Below, one piece after another: positions 49,720 to 57,732 of a stretch of DNA of 64,000 nt. The position numbers and the translations under genes were made by a program. Numbering within the stretch: position 1 is the stretch's first letter; each line of letters opens with the position of its first letter. The notes beneath the pieces were generated by a model. It worked only from the letters and a program-made list of their open reading frames with translations. It did no database searches and was not told the origin of the DNA. Origin of the DNA: Chitinophagales bacterium (GTDB taxonomy: Bacteria > Bacteroidota > Bacteroidia > Chitinophagales > UBA10324); NCBI GenBank assembly GCA_013816805.1, contig JACDDS010000002.1:73530-137529 (forward strand), given 5' to 3'.

Positions 49720-50397
49720 TCACGCCATAATATTTTCCATCACTGTTTGTCCATCGAGCATACGGATAATGCGATGGCTGTATCGGGCGTCATGCTCACT
49801 GTGGGTTACCATCACAATGGTGGTTCCCTGTTCATTTAAATCAGTAAGCAGCTGCATCACTTCGCTGCCATTGTGTGAATCAAGATTACCGGTAGGTTCA
49901 TCCGCGAGAATAAGCTTGGGGTTATTAACTACTGCCCGGGCCACAGCAACCCGTTGTTGCTGTCCGCCGGAAAGCTGTTGCGGATAGTGGTTGCGGCGGT
50001 GCATGATCTGCATCTTATCAAGCACCTCTTCTACACGTTTTTTTCGATCTGCACCTTTTACTCCGGTGTAAATCAGCGGAAGCTCGACATTCTCATATAC
50101 CGTAAGCTCATCAATCAGGTTAAAGCTTTGAAATACAAATCCAATGTTTCTTTTACGGAGATCCGCACGCTTGCGTTCGTTAAAGTGCGCAACCTCAGTT
50201 CCGTTAAAAAGAAAACTTCCGCTATCCGGATCATCAAGCAGTCCCACAATATTCAGAAGGGTGGATTTGCCACATCCTGAAGGGCCCATTACGGCAATAA
50301 ATTCTCCATCCTTCACTTCAAGTGAAAGCCTGTTAAGCGCGACAGTCTCTACTTCTTCTGTGCGGTAAATTTTTTCAAGTTCAGTGATCTTAAGCAT
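49720..50397 (-). CDS. ABC transporter ATP-binding protein (MacB/LolD-type NBD)
   Basis: 225 aa. Motifs present: Walker A GPSGCGKST, Q-loop FVFQSFNL, signature LSGGQQQRVAVARA, Walker B LILADEPTGNLD and H-loop VTHS. Confidence 0.95.
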   Translation of the reverse strand: MLKITELEKIYRTEEVETVALNRLSLEVKDGEFIAVMGPSGCGKSTLLNIVGLLDDPDSGSFLFNGTEVAHFNERKRADLRKRNIGFVFQSFNLIDELTVYENVELPLIYTGVKGADRKKRVEEVLDKMQIMHRRNHYPQQLSGGQQQRVAVARAVVNNPKLILADEPTGNLDSHNGSEVMQLLTDLNEQGTTIVMVTHSEHDARYSHRIIRMLDGQTVMENIMA

Positions 50398-50481
50398 TTA
50401 ATTAGTTTAGAGTTAGTGTTTTGGGTTTAGTGTTTGGGTTAGACAGTAATGAATCAACTCGAAACTCTAAACCGTAAATAT

Positions 50482-51735
50482 TTATTTTTTCAAAACCAAT
50501 TCGTCCATAGTTCCATAATTCTCATAACTGGACGTAACCACCTTGTCCCCGGGCTTCAGCCCCTGTAATACTTCGTAATAATCCGGATTTTGCCTGCCAA
50601 TCTGAATATCCGTTTTATAAGCTGTAGCTCCGGACGCATTTACTTTGAAAATCCAGTTGCCTCCAGTCTGCTGAAAAAATCCTCCCTTAGGTAACAGCAA
50701 TGCCTGGGTTTCATCACTTAATGCCAAACGAATCTGTAAAGTTTGTCCCCTCCGGATGCCCTGGGGTACTTCATTTACAAATTCCATATCCACCTGGAAG
50801 CGACCATTGTTTACCTGTGTAAATATTTTTTTTATCTTAAGCTGGTATGTTTTGTTTGCAAATGTGAAGTCACCCATCAGCCCGGTAAAAATTCTGGAGA
50901 TGTAGTGTTCATCCACATCTACACGTACTTTATATCCGCTTAGCACATCAATTTGCCCAAGCCGGTCTCCGTTATTTTTCGACTCACCAATTTCTGCATC
51001 GAGTGAAGTGAGCTGGCCATCAACCGGGGCACGTACAATCAGATCACCTACTTTCCTTTGCATAAGAGAAAGGGCGTTTTGCATATGTGCATAAGACTCA
51101 TGCATTTGCCGGAGCTGCTGTTTGGTGGAAATTGAATCACTTGCAAGTGTCCGCCCTGCAAGTTTCCTACGGCTTATCTGGTAATCATAATTATTTTTTG
51201 CAGATTGGAATTCCTGCAAGCCGATCGCTCCTTGTTTATACAGTGTACTGTCGACAAAGAAAATGCGCTGTGCTTCTTCAAAAGCATTTTCTACATCCGC
51301 CATTTGGTTGAGCTCACGAATGGTGTTTTGATCTGAAAGATTTTTTGTGTTTTGCATTTGAGTCAAAACATCAAATACTGCAGTTTGCCGGTTGGCAAGA
51401 TCCAGCTCGAGATCCGTGTTCACCAACTTAAGTATGGGGTCGTTTTTTTTCAGCACAGCTCCATCTTCAACATATTTTTCTTCTACTCTTCCGCCTTCGG
51501 TGGCATCCAGGTAAATGGTGGTGATAGGAAGTACCACACCATTTACTGGAATGAATTCCTGGAAAGATCCATTCTTCACTTCACTAATAGTGATTCGCTC
51601 TGTATCTACGTTTAACCGGCTTTTTCCTGTGGTGAAATAATAACTGGCGATGATCAGCAGTGCCATGCCTGCAATACCAGCATAGGTAAGGATTCGTTTC
51701 GTAGTCCACCTTTTTTTTGGAATTACTCTGTCCAA
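50482..51735 (-). CDS. HlyD/MacA-family periplasmic adaptor (membrane fusion protein)
   Basis: 417 aa with an N-terminal TM anchor (ILTYAGIAGMALLIIASYYF). It has a lipoyl-like half (VEEKYVEDGAVLKKNDPILKL), a long helical hairpin region, and beta-barrel/MPD regions (VRAPVDGQLTSL). The ORF opens with a TTG codon at 51735; there is no in-frame ATG before the TM helix. Confidence 0.85.
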   Translation of the reverse strand: MDRVIPKKRWTTKRILTYAGIAGMALLIIASYYFTTGKSRLNVDTERITISEVKNGSFQEFIPVNGVVLPITTIYLDATEGGRVEEKYVEDGAVLKKNDPILKLVNTDLELDLANRQTAVFDVLTQMQNTKNLSDQNTIRELNQMADVENAFEEAQRIFFVDSTLYKQGAIGLQEFQSAKNNYDYQISRRKLAGRTLASDSISTKQQLRQMHESYAHMQNALSLMQRKVGDLIVRAPVDGQLTSLDAEIGESKNNGDRLGQIDVLSGYKVRVDVDEHYISRIFTGLMGDFTFANKTYQLKIKKIFTQVNNGRFQVDMEFVNEVPQGIRRGQTLQIRLALSDETQALLLPKGGFFQQTGGNWIFKVNASGATAYKTDIQIGRQNPDYYEVLQGLKPGDKVVTSSYENYGTMDELVLKK

Positions 51736-51791
51736 CTCTTTAAGCTTTAGAATCTATTTGTATTATTGAAATGCGCAGCTACAAGTGTTTT

Positions 51792-51939
51792 TGTTACATG
51801 TGCAGAAGAATTAATTTTTATGCCGGCGTTATGATAGGAATATGCCAGAACAGGTATTTTCTGATTTTCAATGCATTAATGAAATAAGAACAATCAAACC
51901 TTGTTCGCTTTTGATACAATCTATGTTCGCTTTTGTGTG
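51792..51939 (-). promoter_or_regulatory. conserved upstream module, copy C (in front of the adaptor gene)
   Basis: Read on the plus strand: TGTTACATGTGCAGA..AATTAA box at 51792. ATGCCAGAA at 51842-51850 with CAGAA-N8-TTCTG. Direct repeats TGTTCGCTTTTGATACA (51902-51918) and TGTTCGCTTTTGTGTG (51924-51939), starting 22 bp apart. Confidence 0.55.
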
Positions 51940-52063
51940 TAAAGAAATATAATCACAGCAAGCGATCTGTCACCCCGTATAGATATATAACGCTTGGGAA
52001 GAACCTCGAATAAATTGTAATTTGACCCCGATTTTTCTTCATCGTTTTCGATAAAACCATATT

Positions 52064-52903
52064 ATGCCGGAGTATTCCAATCCAGAAATGCTTGTGTCAA
52101 CAGAATGGGTAGATGAGCATAAAACTGATCAAAACATCGTAATAGCCGAAGTAGATGTTGATACAGCTTCTTATACAGAAGGTCATATTCCTAATGCTAT
52201 TGGCTGGAATTGGCAAACACAATTGTGTGATACAATTCAACGGGATGTTATCAGTAAAGCTGATCTGGAAAAGCTTCTTGGACAGAGCGGTATTTCAAAT
52301 AACTCAACAATAATTCTTTATGGCGACAGTAATAATTGGTTTGCTGCCTGGGCCCACTGGCAACTTAAGATGTATGGTCATGCGGATGTGCGCATCATGA
52401 ATGGCGGAAGGAAAAAATGGTTATCGGAAGGAAGAGAACTGTCCAGAGATATGCCACCTCAAAAATTAGTTCGCTACAATGCACAGGATCGCGATGAATC
52501 CTTGCGTACTTACCTGAGACAGGCTATGCAGGCAATGGATGCTGAAGATTATGTGATGGTGGATGTTCGTTCCGGAGATGAATTTACCGGTAAAATACTT
52601 TCACCGCCCGGCTTGCCTGAAACCTGCCAGCGTGGGGGTCATATTCCCGGGGCTAAAAATATTCCATGGGCACAGGCTTGCAATGAAGACGGTACTTTTA
52701 AATCGCGGCAGGATCTGGAAGCGCTGTATATGGGAAAAGGAATCACACCCGAAAAAAAAGTAATTGCCTACTGCCGGATCGGAGAACGTTCCAGCCATAC
52801 CTGGTTTGTGCTTAAATATTTACTGGGGTATCCTAACGTTACTAACTATGATGGTTCCTGGACTGAATGGGGCAATCTCGTTGGTGCGCCTGTTGAAAAA
52901 TAA
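52064..52903 (+). CDS. tandem-rhodanese sulfurtransferase (thiosulfate/3-mercaptopyruvate sulfurtransferase family)
   Basis: 279 aa with two rhodanese domains. The second domain has the active-site loop CRIGERSS. The ending (NYDGSWTEWG) is typical of SseA/CysA-type enzymes. Confidence 0.85.
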   Translation: MPEYSNPEMLVSTEWVDEHKTDQNIVIAEVDVDTASYTEGHIPNAIGWNWQTQLCDTIQRDVISKADLEKLLGQSGISNNSTIILYGDSNNWFAAWAHWQLKMYGHADVRIMNGGRKKWLSEGRELSRDMPPQKLVRYNAQDRDESLRTYLRQAMQAMDAEDYVMVDVRSGDEFTGKILSPPGLPETCQRGGHIPGAKNIPWAQACNEDGTFKSRQDLEALYMGKGITPEKKVIAYCRIGERSSHTWFVLKYLLGYPNVTNYDGSWTEWGNLVGAPVEK

Positions 52904-53117
52904 TACAGCCTTGAAAACCGAGGAGTATAAAGAAGAGCAGCAGCAAGTCAATAACGTGGCTGTGTGTATAACCACCTATAAAATTGCCGATGATTATTAT
53001 TGCCATATATCAAGTGTGGACCCTGGCGCCATTATTTCAAGAGCCATTGGTTCCACTATGGAACAAGCGCGCGACAAAGCACTTGTGAAAGCATCACAAC
53101 GGATCAAGCCTTCCTAA
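52893..53117 (+). CDS. possible small protein (about 55-74 aa) with a non-ATG start
   Basis: The frame is open from inside the rhodanese gene to 53117. There is no ATG before residue ~57 of the post-rhodanese part. Candidate starts are TTG 52893, TTG 52911 or an internal GTG. The sequence looks globular (VAVCITTYKIADDYYCHISSVDPGAIISRAIGSTMEQARDKALVKASQRIKPS). The start is uncertain. Confidence 0.35.
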   Translation: MKNNTALKTEEYKEEQQQVNNVAVCITTYKIADDYYCHISSVDPGAIISRAIGSTMEQARDKALVKASQRIKPS

Positions 53118-53159
53118 GTTATCCCTTTTTAAAGAGGAATTGGCGAGGTATTATTCAGA

Positions 53160-53930
53160 TTAAAAATGCTCAAGAATACCCAATCCGAATAAGGCAAAAT
53201 CATATTTAACAGGATCAACCGGGTCCAATTTTTTTAGATTTGAAGTCAGCTCCACGGCTGTTTTCCAGTTATTTTGTTTGTTTCGGATCAGCTTAAGCTT
53301 CCGGGCAACGCGCAACACGTGTACGTCACACGGACAAATAAGCTGCGAGGGTTTAATGTTTTTCCAGATTCCAAAATCAACACCGCAATTATCCTTTCTA
53401 ACCATCCAGCGTAAAAACATATTGATGCGCTTGCAGGCTGAGTTTCTTTCAGGGGTAGACACATGTTTAATAGTTCTTTGTGGAAAATCCTTAAGCGAAA
53501 AAAATAATTGATGAAAACCTTTCAACGCAGGAGTAACATTTTCATCTTCCCGGTTTAAAAACTGTGAAAAAGCATATTCCAGGGAGGAATGTTCCGAATA
53601 ATAGTTTTTAAAGAAATGAATGAAGTAAAGCAAATCGGTTGGATTGAAAGTCCGGTGTCTGAAATCAAGCAATCGCTTCAAATCATTTTCAGTGTGATCT
53701 ATAATAAAGTTGTATGGATCATTATCCATTAGTTTTATTAAACGGTTGCAACTGTTTAATATCGAAATTCTCTTTCCCCAGGAGAATGTAGCGGCAAAGA
53801 AACCTGCTATTTCAATATCCTGTTTTTTAGAGAATTGATGTGGGATACTTACCGGATCTAATGCAATAAAGTCCTGACTATTATATTGAGCGGATTTTTG
53901 ATCGAGGAATATTTTTAATTCTTGCTTCAT
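53160..53930 (-). CDS. TIGR02757/DUF2400-like conserved hypothetical protein
   Basis: The ORF runs to 53978, but the ATG at 53930 (MKQELKIFLDQK...) is preferred because the upstream terminator hairpin covers 53956-54001. The motifs (DPVSIPHQF, IAGFFAATFSWGKR, CPCDVHVLRVARKL) recall the TIGR02757 family. This family call is from memory. Confidence 0.6.
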   Translation of the reverse strand: MKQELKIFLDQKSAQYNSQDFIALDPVSIPHQFSKKQDIEIAGFFAATFSWGKRISILNSCNRLIKLMDNDPYNFIIDHTENDLKRLLDFRHRTFNPTDLLYFIHFFKNYYSEHSSLEYAFSQFLNREDENVTPALKGFHQLFFSLKDFPQRTIKHVSTPERNSACKRINMFLRWMVRKDNCGVDFGIWKNIKPSQLICPCDVHVLRVARKLKLIRNKQNNWKTAVELTSNLKKLDPVDPVKYDFALFGLGILEHF

Positions 53931-53955
53931 GCAAAGTGAGATAAATACAATAAAA

Positions 53956-54001
53956 AACTGCGTTTTTATAGATGACAATGCATCATTATAAAAACGCAGT
54001 T
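53956..54001 (-). terminator. rho-independent terminator of the desaturase gene
   Basis: Perfect 15-bp inverted repeat AACTGCGTTTTTATA (53956-53970) / TATAAAAACGCAGTT (53987-54001) with a 16-nt loop. It starts 18 nt after the desaturase stop. On the minus strand it is followed by a T-run (TTTTATTG). Confidence 0.8.
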
Positions 54002-54018
54002 AGCTTAAAAGTAAATGC

Positions 54019-54759
54019 CTAAGCTCTTACAGGAACTGTTCGCAGCCGAATAATCCGCATCCAGTGAAATAATTTGATAAACGGATAAACCGGATCTACT
54101 TCATACCATTTTATGCCAAAGTTGGGTCTTCCCGGATGGCTGTGGTGGTTATTATGATAGCTTTCACCCAGCATTAAAAAATCAACAGGAAAAAGATTTC
54201 TTGAAGTATCATTCATTTTAAAGCGAACCGAACCAATAGTATGTGCAAACCAGTTAATGATTGCACCATGAAATGGTCCCATTAAAAAGTGAATGGGCAG
54301 CAGCAAAAACATCCACCAGTGGGTAGCAAAAGCAATGTAAAAAAGAACATAAAAGGTTCCCCATGCAATCCTTGCAAACCAGCTATCGGCAAATTTTTCA
54401 AAAGAAGGCCAGTAAGGAAGATCTTTTTTAAATTTCTCTTCTACAGGGTAACGGTTATGAAGAATATCCATGTAAATAATTTTGGTGCGCCACATCATCG
54501 CCCAGATATTCTTATCGTATTTGGGTGAGTGCGGATCCTTTTCCGTATCGGCATACGCGTGATGAAGACGGTGTAAAATTCCGTATGAATAAGGGCTTAA
54601 GTAAGAGCTGCCTTGTGTAAGCCAGCTAAGAAAAATAAAAATTTTCTCGGTGGTCTTCGGCATCGTAAACATCTGGTGTGCTGAATATCGATGGTGAAAA
54701 AACGTCTGAAAAAATAACGAAAAGTACCAGTGACAGACAAAGAAAATTAAGATGATCAT
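54019..54759 (-). CDS. membrane acyl-CoA (delta-9-type) fatty acid desaturase
   Basis: 246 aa with three histidine boxes in the canonical order (HHRYSAH, HRLHHAYAD, HNNHHSHP) and hydrophobic spans. Confidence 0.85.
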   Translation of the reverse strand: MIILIFFVCHWYFSLFFQTFFHHRYSAHQMFTMPKTTEKIFIFLSWLTQGSSYLSPYSYGILHRLHHAYADTEKDPHSPKYDKNIWAMMWRTKIIYMDILHNRYPVEEKFKKDLPYWPSFEKFADSWFARIAWGTFYVLFYIAFATHWWMFLLLPIHFLMGPFHGAIINWFAHTIGSVRFKMNDTSRNLFPVDFLMLGESYHNNHHSHPGRPNFGIKWYEVDPVYPFIKLFHWMRIIRLRTVPVRA

Positions 54760-54855
54760 GTATTATTTAAATTAGTTATTTAACATTGAAAAAGATGTGC
54801 AAAGAAACGACATTTTAGCTAAGCATAAAAGACAACAGGGAAACCTGCATAACGT

Positions 54856-56352
54856 TCACTTTTTATAAAAATATTCTGTTAAAAAATGCTCTGTCGCTTG
54901 TATATCATTCCGCAATACCCTGTCTTGCTCGTTAAAAGAGACCTTTTTACGGTATTTATCTAAAAACTCTTCCACCCGGTCACTGCTTTTTAAGGGCCGG
55001 CGAAAATCCATGGCCTGCGCAGCATTCAGCAATTCAATGGCGAGAATGGCCTGCAGGTTCTTGAGCACGCGGTAACACTTAGTTGCTGCATTGGCGCCCA
55101 TGCTCACGTGATCTTCCTGTCCGTTGGAAGAAGGTATGGAATCTACCGATGCGGGTGTGCACAACTGCTTATTTTCACTTACCAGTGCAGCTGCAGTGTA
55201 CTGCGGAATCATCAATCCCGAATTTAAGCCAGGATCAGAAACCAAAAACCCCGGAAGGTCCCGTTGTCCGCTTATGAGCAGATAGGTTCTTCGCTCAGAA
55301 ATATTTCCCAGCTCTGCCAAAGCAATGGCAAGAAAATCGAATGAAAGTGCCAACGGTTGTCCGTGAAAATTTCCTCCTGAAATAATTAAATCATCTTCAG
55401 GAAATACAATCGGATTGTCCGTTACCGAATTTATTTCTGTGGTCAGAATTTCCTCACAATAACGAATAGCGTCCTTAGACGCACCATGCACCTGGGGAAT
55501 ACACCGGAAGGAGTAGGGATCCTGCACATTTGTTTTATGCTTAGCAGCTATTTCGCTTCCTTTCAATATTTCTAAAACGGTTGCAGCTGTTTCGATCTGA
55601 CCTTTATGCGGGCGAACATGGTGGATCAGTTCGTTGAAAGGATCAAGCCGGCAATCAAATCCATCAATGGAAATACATGCAATAAAATCGGCGAGCCCTG
55701 AAAGCTTTTTGGCCTGAAGTAAAATGTGTGCCATATAAGCGCTCATAAACTGAGTACCGTTCAGAAGCGCTAATCCCTCTTTCGATTTAAGGTGAATTGC
55801 TTGCCATGAAAGGAGTTGCATTGCATCCAATGCAGCCATTTTTTTTCCTTTTAAATTAACCTCACCCATTCCAATAAGCGGCAGGCTCAAGTGTGCCAGT
55901 GGCGCAAGGTCACCGGAAGCGCCCAGAGAACCTTTTTGATAAACTACAGGTAAAATATCCTGGTTATAGAAATTAATCAGGCGGCGAATGGTGGAAATAT
56001 CTATTGCAGAATGCCCGTAAGAAAGTGATTGAATCTTCAGCAGCAACATCAGCTTTACAATCTGCTCCGGTATTTCATCACCGGTGCCACAGGCATGGCT
56101 CATCACCAGGTTTGTTTGAAGCTGGCCTATCTGGTCATCACTGATGCGGATGTTGCAAAGGGAACCAAAACCCGTATTGATGCCGTAAAATAATCCGTCA
56201 GAATTTTTTAGCTTCTCATCAAGGTATTTTCTGCAGGAGATTATCTTTTCTTCCGAAGAAGCAGATAATTCCAGCTTAGCATTGGAATCAATAATTTCTT
56301 CCAGCTTCTCCAGGGATAAGTGCTCTGAAGAGATTTGATAAATAGAGATCAT
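54856..56352 (-). CDS. hutH: histidine ammonia-lyase
   Basis: 498 aa. It has the MIO-forming triad in GSLGASGDLAPLAHL. The selectivity dyad Ser-His (NLVMSHACG) is the HAL type rather than the TAL (H-L) or PAL (F-L) type. Confidence 0.85.
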   Translation of the reverse strand: MISIYQISSEHLSLEKLEEIIDSNAKLELSASSEEKIISCRKYLDEKLKNSDGLFYGINTGFGSLCNIRISDDQIGQLQTNLVMSHACGTGDEIPEQIVKLMLLLKIQSLSYGHSAIDISTIRRLINFYNQDILPVVYQKGSLGASGDLAPLAHLSLPLIGMGEVNLKGKKMAALDAMQLLSWQAIHLKSKEGLALLNGTQFMSAYMAHILLQAKKLSGLADFIACISIDGFDCRLDPFNELIHHVRPHKGQIETAATVLEILKGSEIAAKHKTNVQDPYSFRCIPQVHGASKDAIRYCEEILTTEINSVTDNPIVFPEDDLIISGGNFHGQPLALSFDFLAIALAELGNISERRTYLLISGQRDLPGFLVSDPGLNSGLMIPQYTAAALVSENKQLCTPASVDSIPSSNGQEDHVSMGANAATKCYRVLKNLQAILAIELLNAAQAMDFRRPLKSSDRVEEFLDKYRKKVSFNEQDRVLRNDIQATEHFLTEYFYKK

Positions 56353-56370
56353 GGAGTAACCGTTCGGCAG

Positions 56371-57732
56371 TTATTTTATTTTTTCAATAATCTTATCAAT
56401 ACTCAGCATCATCTGTTCCCCGCTGGACATATCTTTTAAGGTTAGCATTTCTAATTTTCTTTCATTTTCTCCGGTAAAAATTACAAATGAAATTTTTTTA
56501 TCGTTGGCGTATTTCATCTGCTTTTTTAATTTTTCTGCGGAAGGATATAATTCAGAGGCAATACCTGCATTACGGATCTGTGTAAGCAAAGGGAGTGCAT
56601 AGGTTTCAGATGCCTCATCGAAATTGATAAACAAAACATGAGTTCCCTTAGAGGATATTGTGGAAAATCCTTGCTCTTCCATCACATCGTAGATCCGATC
56701 GGCGCCAAAGGAAATTCCAACGCCGGATATACCTTGCAGTCCAAATACGCCCGTTAAATTATCATATCTGCCACCTCCGCCAAGACTTGATTTAAAAGAA
56801 CTGTTTTTTGCTTTTACTTCTATAATAGTCCCCGTATAATAATCAAGACCGCGCGCAAGAGAAAGGTCTATCCCTATGTTTTCGAGGTTTGTAAAGCCGC
56901 CTGCAATGTTGAGCGTTTTTAAGATATACTCGAGTTCTGTGCTGCCCTTTCTCCCGGTTTCCGAATTATGAAAGATTTGTGCTCCGCCATTAATAATATC
57001 GAGAGCCTGAATGCTAAACAACTTATCGATTTGTTCGGATGTAAAACCTTTCAGATTCAATTCCTTTCGTACTCCGTCCATTCCAATTTTGTCCAATTTA
57101 TCTATCGAAACCGCGATATCCATCATCCTGCCCGGCGCGCCGATTACTTCTGCTATTCCTTCTAAAATTTTCCGGTTATTTAAATAAATCTGGATTCCAA
57201 TACCCAGCTCTTTAAAAACTTCAATATAAATCTGGATCAGCTCCACTTCATTTAATAAAGAATCGCTGCCAACCACATCGGCATCGCATTGATAAAATTC
57301 TCTATAGCGTCCTTTCTGCGGACGGTCTGCCCTGAACACAGGCTGGATCTGATAGCGCTTAAAAGGAAATATAATTTCATTTTGATGCATCACCACGTAC
57401 CGTGCTAAAGGCACTGTCAGATCATAGCGGAGTCCTTTTTCGGCTATATCTGATACCCTGGGGTTAAAATTTGAAGTAGATTGATCAGGATAACTTGATT
57501 TAATTTTCCGGAAAGGATCACCTGAGTTTACAATCCGATAAAGCAGCTTATCACCCTCATCTCCATACTTCCCTTCCAGCGTCTTTAAGTTTTCCATTGT
57601 AGGTGTTTCAATGGGCTGATAGCCATATTTCTCAAACACACTTCTGATTGTATTGAATATATGCTGTCGCCTGTAAACTTCTTCCGAAGAAAAATCACGG
57701 AATCCGGAAGGTATGGCTGGTTTATCCATCAT
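56371..57732 (-). CDS. hisS: histidine--tRNA ligase
   Basis: 453 aa. Class II motifs and HisRS-specific peptides are present: GLRYDLTVPLARY, FKRYQIQPVFRADRPQKGRYREFYQCD and GGGGRYDNL. The C-terminal part is an anticodon-binding domain. Confidence 0.95.
   Translation of the reverse strand: MMDKPAIPSGFRDFSSEEVYRRQHIFNTIRSVFEKYGYQPIETPTMENLKTLEGKYGDEGDKLLYRIVNSGDPFRKIKSSYPDQSTSNFNPRVSDIAEKGLRYDLTVPLARYVVMHQNEIIFPFKRYQIQPVFRADRPQKGRYREFYQCDADVVGSDSLLNEVELIQIYIEVFKELGIGIQIYLNNRKILEGIAEVIGAPGRMMDIAVSIDKLDKIGMDGVRKELNLKGFTSEQIDKLFSIQALDIINGGAQIFHNSETGRKGSTELEYILKTLNIAGGFTNLENIGIDLSLARGLDYYTGTIIEVKAKNSSFKSSLGGGGRYDNLTGVFGLQGISGVGISFGADRIYDVMEEQGFSTISSKGTHVLFINFDEASETYALPLLTQIRNAGIASELYPSAEKLKKQMKYANDKKISFVIFTGENERKLEMLTLKDMSSGEQMMLSIDKIIEKIK

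Noticed and set aside
30701-51735. The possibility that the permease array was built or mobilised by an IS element, integrase or phage-like element.
   Set aside because: No transposase, integrase or recombinase ORF, terminal inverted repeats or flanking tRNA were seen in or beside the locus. The paralogs are too diverged for a recent amplification.
52764-52892. The first 43 codons of the 117-aa ORF 52764..53117.
   Set aside because: This part overlaps the well-supported rhodanese CDS in another frame. Only the portion after the rhodanese stop is considered potentially coding.
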